Assembly: GCA_965238005.1 (NCBI GenBank) | Contig: OZ250165.1 | Coordinates: 1,280,001-1,344,000 of the forward strand | From: Longimicrobiales bacterium | GTDB taxonomy: Bacteria > Gemmatimonadota > Gemmatimonadetes > Longimicrobiales > Gaopeijiaceae | DNA length: 64,000 nt | Direction: 5' to 3' | Shown: piece after piece, positions 57,157 to 64,000 of the stretch | Position numbering within the stretch: position 1 is the first letter of the stretch | How the letters are laid out: every line of letters starts with the position of its first letter | Notes under the pieces: model-generated | Told to the model about the DNA's origin: nothing | Database searches by the model: none | The model's input: the letters and a program-made list of their open reading frames with translations, nothing else | Translations under genes and position numbers: made by a program

Positions 57157-57365
57157 TAGCGGGAGGGGAGGAGTGCCCCGTAGCTTGTCGGGCACTTCGA
57201 CCGACGCGTGCCGGCCCGAACGGCGCTTCATCTACACTGAGAGAGTTCTCCATGTCACGTCCACAGACCAGCATCTCGGGGGGGAGCGCGGCCCTAGGTT
57301 GTCTCGTCCGTTTTATCTTTGTTGCGCCCCCGCCAGGCACGTCATCTCCATCGGGAGGACCGCTC

Positions 57366-58712
57366 ATGTGGTACCGTCCTTCAACCCTCGTCGGCGCGGC
57401 CTCGACCGTCTTCGCTCTGCTCGTCTTTTCCGGGGCTCCGGCGTCCGCGCAGTGGACGGCCCTGAACCGGGGCAGCGACAACGTCGAGGTACTGGGGCAT
57501 CTTCCTCTGGGTCCGCACCTCAACGTCTCGGACATGGACGTGGAGCAGGAGCTCTCCCGACCCTACGCCTATGTTTCCCGCATGGTTTGGGGAGACGGCG
57601 GCGAAAAGGGCATGGACATCGTCAGCATCGAGGACCCTGAGCATCCTGAGCTCATCTATGAGTGGCGCATCGAGGAGCAGGACCTGCACGTAGGGACCGG
57701 TGGGATGGACGTGAAGCACTTCAAGGTGAACGGCCGCTATTACGTGGTGCAGTCCGTGCAATTCGGGCAGGGCGGCCCCGATTCGGACATGGGCGCGGTC
57801 GTGCTGGACGTGACGGGCCTTCCCGATCCCTCGACGGTGCGGGAGGTGGCGAGGATCCGGGAGCCACTCCTTCCTGGTGGGTTCCACAACATCTTCGTCT
57901 ACAAACACTCCGACGGTAGGGTCTTGCTGTTCACCACGGTTTCGGGACCCTACTCCCACGTGTACGACCTCGGTCTAGTGGTGGAGGGCGAGAGCGCCGA
58001 GAACGCCCTAGTGGGCCGCGTGCCCGGTCCCGAGCGCCAAGGCGGCGGGTCGGCCTATCACGACATCTACGTGGGCTACCATCCCGACACCGACCAGGAC
58101 CGTTTCTACGGGGGTGGAACGGGCGGCTACTACATCTACGACGTCACGGACATCGAGAACCCAAAATTGGAGATCACCTTGACGGGGATCCGAGGGGTAG
58201 GCCGCGGGCATACGTTCACGCCGAGTCCCGACGGGCGCTACGTCGTGGCCGAGGTCGAGTACCAGTTCGCGCCGCTCAGGATCTTCGACTTGCAGCCGGC
58301 CCTGGACGGCAGGGTGACGAATATCAACCAGCCCATCGCGGGCTGGACGGCCGACTACGAGAACCTGGTGCACAATCACGAAGTCCGCTGGCCCTTCGTC
58401 TTCGCAGCGTCCTACCTGGACGGGCTCTCGATCTTCAACCTGCAGGATCCGTCGAATCCGGTGACCGTGGGTTACTACGACACCTACATCGGTCCCCGGG
58501 GGACCAGGAGCGCCATCGTCGGAGGTGCTTTCGGGGTGGACATCCGCAACGCCGACGGCCTGATCGTCGTGAGCGACATGAGCACCGGCCTCTGGACCTT
58601 CCGCATGGATGGCTTCCAGGGGTGGAACGGGGAGCAGTGGGGCATGCCCGACATCTCCAGCGCCCAGAAGTGGGACGAGCCGCGGCGGAGGCCTATCAGC
58701 GAGCAGCACTAG
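57366..58712 (+). CDS. Secreted LVIVD-repeat beta-propeller, paralogue 2
   Basis: ATG 57366 after GGGAGG; long blocks identical to paralogue 1. Confidence 0.88.
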   Translation: MWYRPSTLVGAASTVFALLVFSGAPASAQWTALNRGSDNVEVLGHLPLGPHLNVSDMDVEQELSRPYAYVSRMVWGDGGEKGMDIVSIEDPEHPELIYEWRIEEQDLHVGTGGMDVKHFKVNGRYYVVQSVQFGQGGPDSDMGAVVLDVTGLPDPSTVREVARIREPLLPGGFHNIFVYKHSDGRVLLFTTVSGPYSHVYDLGLVVEGESAENALVGRVPGPERQGGGSAYHDIYVGYHPDTDQDRFYGGGTGGYYIYDVTDIENPKLEITLTGIRGVGRGHTFTPSPDGRYVVAEVEYQFAPLRIFDLQPALDGRVTNINQPIAGWTADYENLVHNHEVRWPFVFAASYLDGLSIFNLQDPSNPVTVGYYDTYIGPRGTRSAIVGGAFGVDIRNADGLIVVSDMSTGLWTFRMDGFQGWNGEQWGMPDISSAQKWDEPRRRPISEQH

Positions 58713-58746
58713 ACCATCACATCATCTTCAGCGGGAGGGACCGCTC

Positions 58747-60093
58747 ATGTCGCACACTCGGCCAACCCTCATCTCCGTGGCGTTCGTGATCGCGGTAATG
58801 ATCGCCCTGGTCGTGGCACCCGTTTCGGCACAGTGGACTCCCATGAAGCGGGGCAGCGACAACATCGAGGTCGTGGGCCACCTGCCGCTGGGGCCGCCCT
58901 TGAGCGTCTCGGACATGGACGTGGAGCAGGAGCTGTCCCGTCCGTACGCCTACGTGTCACGGATGCGCTACGGCGTCGCCGGCCCCAAGGGCATGGACAT
59001 CATCAGCATCGAGGACCCGGCCAACCCCCAGATCATCTACGAGTGGCGGATCGAAGAGCAGGATCTGCACCTCGGGACGGGCGGGATGGACGCCAAGCAC
59101 TTCAAGCTGGGCGATCGCTACTACGTGGTGCAGTCGACCCAGTTCGGCCAGGGTGGACCCAACTCCGACATGGGCGCCGTGGTGCTCGACGTCACAGGAC
59201 TACCCGATCCGTCGACGGTTCGGGAGGTGGCGCGGATCCGGGAGCCGCTCCGCCCCGGCGGCTTCCACAACATCTTCATCTACAAGCACTCCGATGGCCG
59301 TGTGCTTCTGTTCGCCACCGTTTCCGGGCCTGTCGCCAACATCTATGACCTCGCGCTCGTGGTGGATGGTGCGGACGCCGAGACCGCGCTCGTGGGGGAG
59401 GTCCCCGTGCCAGAGCAGCCCGAGGGCAGCTTCACGATGGGCTATCACGACTTCTACGTCGCATACCACCCCGACACCGACCAGGACCGCTTCTACGGGG
59501 GTGGTGGGGGCGGCTACTACATCTACGACGTGAGCGACCCGGCGAATCCCGAGCTTGCCATCTCCCTGACTGGAATCCGCGGCGTGTCCTGGGGACACAC
59601 CTTCACCCCGAGCCCTGACGGGCGCTACGTCGTCGCCGAGGCCGAGTACCGCTTCGCCCCGCTGCGGATCTTCGACCTGCAGCCAGCCCTGGATGGCCGG
59701 GTGAGCAACATCAACCGGCCCATCTCGGGTTGGACGGCGGACTACGACAACCTGGTCCACAACCACGAGGTCCGCTGGCCATGGCTGTTCGTGACGGGCT
59801 ACCTGGACGGGCTCCAGGTGGTGAACCTGCAGGATCCGTCGAACCCCGTGACGGTGGGGTACTATGACACCTACCTGGGCGTCCGGGACCCGGCCCGGTG
59901 CCAGGAGTGCAACGGCTCCTTCGGAATCGACGTCCGGAACGCCGACGGCCTCATCGTAATGAGCGACATGAGCACCGGCTTCTGGACCTTCCGGATGGAC
60001 GGCTTCCAGGGCTGGAACGGCGAGCAGTGGATGCCCGATATCTCGAGCGCCCAGAAGTGGGACGAGCCGGTGCGGAGGCCCATCAGCCAGTAG
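58747..60093 (+). CDS. Secreted LVIVD-repeat beta-propeller, paralogue 3 (unique CQEC loop)
   Basis: ATG 58747 after GGGAGG; same His motifs; the last variable loop is GVRDPARCQECNGSF. Confidence 0.88.
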   Translation: MSHTRPTLISVAFVIAVMIALVVAPVSAQWTPMKRGSDNIEVVGHLPLGPPLSVSDMDVEQELSRPYAYVSRMRYGVAGPKGMDIISIEDPANPQIIYEWRIEEQDLHLGTGGMDAKHFKLGDRYYVVQSTQFGQGGPNSDMGAVVLDVTGLPDPSTVREVARIREPLRPGGFHNIFIYKHSDGRVLLFATVSGPVANIYDLALVVDGADAETALVGEVPVPEQPEGSFTMGYHDFYVAYHPDTDQDRFYGGGGGGYYIYDVSDPANPELAISLTGIRGVSWGHTFTPSPDGRYVVAEAEYRFAPLRIFDLQPALDGRVSNINRPISGWTADYDNLVHNHEVRWPWLFVTGYLDGLQVVNLQDPSNPVTVGYYDTYLGVRDPARCQECNGSFGIDVRNADGLIVMSDMSTGFWTFRMDGFQGWNGEQWMPDISSAQKWDEPVRRPISQ

Positions 60094-60266
60094 CTCTCCC
60101 TACCTCGGTGAGCAGGTCCCCGGGGGTCCATCGGCGTCAACAAACAGCACGCGCGAGCCGTCTACATATGCTTACTGGCGACGTTCACCGCGCCTTGTAC
60201 ATTATGGTGCACGTCAGTGACAGCACTCACTGAAGGCAGCGCTTCACTCAAGTGGGAGAATGACCC

Positions 60267-61616
60267 ATGCAGCGCCCTCGGACTAGCAGTCTCGTTACGG
60301 TTGCTATCCTCACGACTCTCGCGATCACCCTGCCCGCCCAGGCGTCGGCGCAGTCGACCCCCCTGAAGCGGGGTAGTGACAATATTCATGTGCTGGGGCA
60401 TCTCCCCCTGGGGCCCGCCCTGAACGTGTCGGACATGGACGTGGAGCAGGAGCTGTCCCGTCCGTACGCGTACGTCGGCCGGATGCGGTACGGTGATGCC
60501 GGTCCGCGAGGGCTCGACATCATCAGCATCGAGGACCCCTCGCACCCGGAGATCCTCTACGAGTGGCGTATCGAGGACCAGGAGCTCCACTTGGGCACGG
60601 GTGCCATGGACGTGAAGCACTTCAAGGTCGACGGACGCTACTACGTGGTGCAGTCGCTACAATTCGGCCAGGGTGGCCCGGACTCGGATCTGGGAGCGGT
60701 CGTCCTGGACGTCAACGGACTACCCGACCCGTCCACGGTTCGTGAGGTCGCGCGGATCCGGGAGCCCCTGCTTCCCGGCGGCTTCCACAACATATTCATC
60801 TACAAGCACTCCGACGGCAGGGTGCTACTCTTCGCCACCGTCAGCGGGCCGTATGCAAACGTGTACGACCTGGGCAAGGTCGTTCGGGGAGCCTCGGCCG
60901 AGGAGGCCCTGGCCGGTCGGGTGCCCAACCCGCAGTCGGCCGAGACAGGCGGCAACCGGGGGTACCACGATTTCTACGTCGGCTACCATCCCGACACCGA
61001 TGAGGACCGCTTCTACGGTGGCGGCGGAGGCGGCTACTACATCCTCGACATCACGGATCTGTCGGATCCGCAGGTGCGCATCACGCTCACGGGCGTCAGC
61101 GGTGTGCGCGGTGGCCATACCTTCACTCCGAGCCCCGACGGCCGGTACGTGGTCGCGGAGACCGAATACGAATTCGCCCCCCTCAGATTCTTCGACCTGA
61201 AGCCGGCGCTGGACGGCGAAACGACCAACATCAGGCGGCCCATCTCCGGATGGACATCCAACTACAAGAACCTGGTCCACAACCACGAGGTCCGGTGGCC
61301 CTGGCTGTTCGTGTCCGGATATCTGGACGGCCTTCAGGTCGTGAACCTGCAGGATCCGACGAATCCCGTTTCAGTGGGGTACTACGACACCTATATCGGG
61401 CCGCGCAGCACCACCCGCACGCCCGTGTTCAACGGCGCCTTCGGTATAGACGTCAGAAACGCGGACGGGCTAATTTTGATCAGCGATATGAGCACGGGGT
61501 TCTGGACCTTCCGGATGGATGGGTTCCAGGGCTGGAACGGTGAGCAGTGGGGGATGCCCGACATCTCCAGTGCTCAGAAGTGGGATGCGCCCGTGCGTCG
61601 TCCTATCAGCGAGTAG
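60267..61616 (+). CDS. Secreted LVIVD-repeat beta-propeller, paralogue 4
   Basis: Signal peptide ending ASA-Q; same His motifs; its variable loops most resemble paralogue 1. Confidence 0.88.
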   Translation: MQRPRTSSLVTVAILTTLAITLPAQASAQSTPLKRGSDNIHVLGHLPLGPALNVSDMDVEQELSRPYAYVGRMRYGDAGPRGLDIISIEDPSHPEILYEWRIEDQELHLGTGAMDVKHFKVDGRYYVVQSLQFGQGGPDSDLGAVVLDVNGLPDPSTVREVARIREPLLPGGFHNIFIYKHSDGRVLLFATVSGPYANVYDLGKVVRGASAEEALAGRVPNPQSAETGGNRGYHDFYVGYHPDTDEDRFYGGGGGGYYILDITDLSDPQVRITLTGVSGVRGGHTFTPSPDGRYVVAETEYEFAPLRFFDLKPALDGETTNIRRPISGWTSNYKNLVHNHEVRWPWLFVSGYLDGLQVVNLQDPTNPVSVGYYDTYIGPRSTTRTPVFNGAFGIDVRNADGLILISDMSTGFWTFRMDGFQGWNGEQWGMPDISSAQKWDAPVRRPISE

Positions 61617-61619
61617 ATC

Positions 61620-62156
61620 ATGACCGTCTTTATTCCTCTCGCGGTGGCCATACTGGAGGCTGTCGGTCCGGTGACGCCCGGCATGTGTGTCGCCACCTTC
61701 AGCGATTCTCCGGTGTTCTACCAGGTGGAGCTGGTGACCACCAAGCGGGTCGCCGGCTCGGGGATGGCCACGGGCGTGGGCGAAGTCACGTTCACTCCTT
61801 CGCCCTTTGGCGTGAACCTGACCCAGAACGGTGACTACGTCCGCGATGTCGCGATCAGCGTAACCGCTTTGAAGGCACCATCCAAGGGCTCGTACGTGGC
61901 CTGGGTGACGACTCCCTCGTTGGACCGGACGAAGCGGCTCGGCGTCCTGGGTGCCGACGGTAGGGTCCACGGTCAGGTCGAGTACAACAAGTTCCTCCTG
62001 GTCATCTCTCTGGAAGACGACGACGGCTCGTCCTCCGAGCGCTGGAAGGGTCCGATCGTGCTCCGAGGCATGTCCAGGAGTGGGGCGATGCACACCTCCG
62101 CCGGGCATGGTCCCTTCGTGCAGGAGAATTGCATCGGGTACGGCTTCAACGGGTAG
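61620..62156 (+). CDS. Small probably exported protein with an RskA-C-like beta-sandwich pattern and a His/Met C-terminal tail
   Basis: 3 bp after the paralogue-4 stop; YVAW...LG...VISLE...GPIVLRG resembles the anti-sigma-K C-terminal domain; tail MHTSAGHGPF. Confidence 0.7.
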   Translation: MTVFIPLAVAILEAVGPVTPGMCVATFSDSPVFYQVELVTTKRVAGSGMATGVGEVTFTPSPFGVNLTQNGDYVRDVAISVTALKAPSKGSYVAWVTTPSLDRTKRLGVLGADGRVHGQVEYNKFLLVISLEDDDGSSSERWKGPIVLRGMSRSGAMHTSAGHGPFVQENCIGYGFNG

Positions 62157-62179
62157 GCAGACGACTCGTTCACACCGGT

Positions 62180-62230
62180 CATCCCCGTCGGTCTCGGTCA
62201 TCCGTGGGCCGACGGGGATGTTTCGCTTTC
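62180..62230 (+). terminator. Intrinsic terminator/attenuator-like hairpin
   Basis: 12-bp perfect stem CATCCCCGTCGG / CCGACGGGGATG followed by TTTCGCTTT. Confidence 0.55.
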
Positions 62231-62240
62231 AACTGAAGTG

Positions 62241-64000
62241 ATGCGCATGCGCAAGACGGACAGCCGGCGGTCCACCGGATGGGGGAGAGCATATCGGATT
62301 TCGGGGGCACTGGTCCTCGGCCTCGCTCTCCTCGCAGGTCAGGTGCGGGGCCAGGAGATGGACCACGCCGCCCACGCCATGGATATGGGCGACAGCCTGG
62401 TGTGGACGATGCCGCCGCACCCCGCGTGGATGAATCCAGCCATGATGGCCCCGTTCATGGGGATCCTACCGAACGTCTCGCCGTTTCTGCCAGGTCCGGA
62501 CTTGGACATCGGCGTACTGCCGATGGCCCGTGCTCCCGAGGTGGTACAACTGGTCGACGGGGATACGCTGCGGCTCGACGCCGGGGTGCTGCATGGGATG
62601 ATCGGCAGCCGGATGGTCAAGGTGTACGGTTTCAACGGCCAGTTCCCGGGCCCGACGCTCAGAGTGCCCCAGGACGCGACCATCGTGGTGGAGTTCACGA
62701 ACAACATCGATTTCGCGACCACCCTGCGCTGGCATGGGGTGCGGGTCGAGAACCGATACGACGGGGTTCCGGGCCTGACCCAGAGGCCCGTCCGGGTGGG
62801 GAGCACCTACACCGCGCAGGTCCGTTTCCCGGATGCTGGAGTGTTCTGGTATCACCCGCATCAGCGTGGGCACATCGCGCAGGATCTGGGACTGTACGGC
62901 AGCATCATCGTCGACTCGCCGGATCCCGACTACTACGGCTCCGCCAACTCCGAGGAGTCGCTGATCATCGATGACGCCCTCATGACGGAGACGGGCTGGA
63001 CACCCTTCGGACTCGAGGCGCCGACTAACGCACTCATGGGGCGGTTCGGCAACGTCATTCTGGTCAACGGGCGACCCGGATTCCGGAAGACCGTCAAGAA
63101 AGGCGACGTCGTGCGGCTCTTCCTGACCAACGCGTCGAATACGAGGAACTACAACCTCAGGATCGAGGGCGGGGTCCCGATGAAGCTCTTGGCTGGGGGG
63201 CTCAGTCGGTTCGAACGCGAAGAGATGACGCCCACCGTGATAATCGCTCCCGGCCAGCGCTACGTCGTCGCCGCCAAGTTCGACGAGCCGGGCGAGTACG
63301 CGCTCACCAACCGGATCACCGCCGTCGATCACTGGATGGGAGAGTACTTCTACCAGGTCGATACGCTGGGTGTGTTCGTGGTGTCCGATGAAAGCACCGA
63401 TCAGGACTTCAGCGCGGCGTTCGAGACCCTGCGGTCCAACGACGAGGTAATCGCCGAGTTCGAGGCCGTGCGCGCCGAGGCGAACCGGCAAGTGGACGAG
63501 GAGCTCGTCCTGTCCCTCAACATCGGCGAGCTTCCCATCCCGGTCATCCTGATGATGGAGATAGACACGCTCTTTTACCCGCCGGTGGAGTTCAACGACG
63601 CCATGCCGATGATGAACTGGCTTTCCACCGGCATCAACTTGACGTGGCTCATGCACGAGCCCGACCCCGACGCGTCACGCCGCGACCTCGGGCCGGCGTT
63701 CGGGTGGCGGTTCAAGGAAGGGGACATCGTCAAGATCCGCATCTACAACACACACGAGTCCTGGCATCCCATGAGCCATCCGCTGCACCTCCACGGTCAA
63801 CGGTTCGCGGTGATCGAGCAGGACGGAGTGCAGACAACGAATCTCGTGTGGAGGGACACCGTCCTGATCCCGGTCGGCACCACCATGGATCTTCTGGTGG
63901 AGATGTCGAACCCCGGGACCTGGATGTTCAATTGCCAGATCCCGGAGCACGTGGGGTCCGGCATGTCCATGAACTTCACCGTGGAGCCGGCCCCCCCAGG
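62241..64000 (+). CDS. Three-domain multicopper oxidase homologue with intact type-1 Cu ligands but a degenerate trinuclear cluster; runs off the window
   Basis: Not in the ORF track (no stop). Hand-translated, open for 586 codons: signal peptide, Met/His-rich N-terminus, YGFNGQFPGPTL, motif I TTLRWHG, II WYHPH, III HPLHLHG, IV WMFNCQIPEHVGSGM. Confidence 0.92.
   Translation, partial: MRMRKTDSRRSTGWGRAYRISGALVLGLALLAGQVRGQEMDHAAHAMDMGDSLVWTMPPHPAWMNPAMMAPFMGILPNVSPFLPGPDLDIGVLPMARAPEVVQLVDGDTLRLDAGVLHGMIGSRMVKVYGFNGQFPGPTLRVPQDATIVVEFTNNIDFATTLRWHGVRVENRYDGVPGLTQRPVRVGSTYTAQVRFPDAGVFWYHPHQRGHIAQDLGLYGSIIVDSPDPDYYGSANSEESLIIDDALMTETGWTPFGLEAPTNALMGRFGNVILVNGRPGFRKTVKKGDVVRLFLTNASNTRNYNLRIEGGVPMKLLAGGLSRFEREEMTPTVIIAPGQRYVVAAKFDEPGEYALTNRITAVDHWMGEYFYQVDTLGVFVVSDESTDQDFSAAFETLRSNDEVIAEFEAVRAEANRQVDEELVLSLNIGELPIPVILMMEIDTLFYPPVEFNDAMPMMNWLSTGINLTWLMHEPDPDASRRDLGPAFGWRFKEGDIVKIRIYNTHESWHPMSHPLHLHGQRFAVIEQDGVQTTNLVWRDTVLIPVGTTMDLLVEMSNPGTWMFNCQIPEHVGSGMSMNFTVEPAPP

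Noticed and set aside
55642..61616. LVIVD array as a diversity-generating retroelement target or an assembly duplication
   Set aside because: No reverse transcriptase or template repeat is seen and differences are not adenine-specific. Copies differ at many synonymous sites and in signal peptides, so they are real paralogues.

Overview
High-GC bacterial chromosomal window. Gene content (many Tat/lipoprotein-exported hydrolases, choice-of-anchor B/LVIVD proteins, ADOP-type permease remnants, MsrPQ) suggests Gemmatimonadota; this is an inference. No rRNA, tRNA or CRISPR array was recognised. In order, the window holds: a partial BNR/VPS10 hydrolase; an oxalate/formyl-CoA operon (ThDP enzyme, frc, ADP-forming acyl-CoA ligase) whose GntR regulator and PanE-like reductase survive only as C-terminal stumps; GATase/NRAMP; a DUF222-HNH nuclease; an aldolase/SDR; vapBC with a palindromic operator; a SoxCD-like sulfite dehydrogenase; a RAPP-motif uORF heading a porin/ZnuA/ZnuB metal-uptake operon; peptidases; msrPQ; an AmmeMemoRadiSam/PflX/PIMT cluster in which amrB appears flipped; SelA-like/ggt; and a glycosylation locus interrupted by a large surface lipoprotein. 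At the right end are four tandem His-motif LVIVD beta-propeller paralogues, a small exported protein, and a multicopper-oxidase homologue that keeps all type-1 Cu ligands but has lost 3 of 8 trinuclear-cluster histidines (RWHG, NCQ). That last locus is the best candidate for an undescribed system. A CTAG-targeting MITE family (4 copies), about 10 short gene or IS remnants and 4 probable single-base frameshifts are also present. All family calls come from motif recognition by eye, not database searches.
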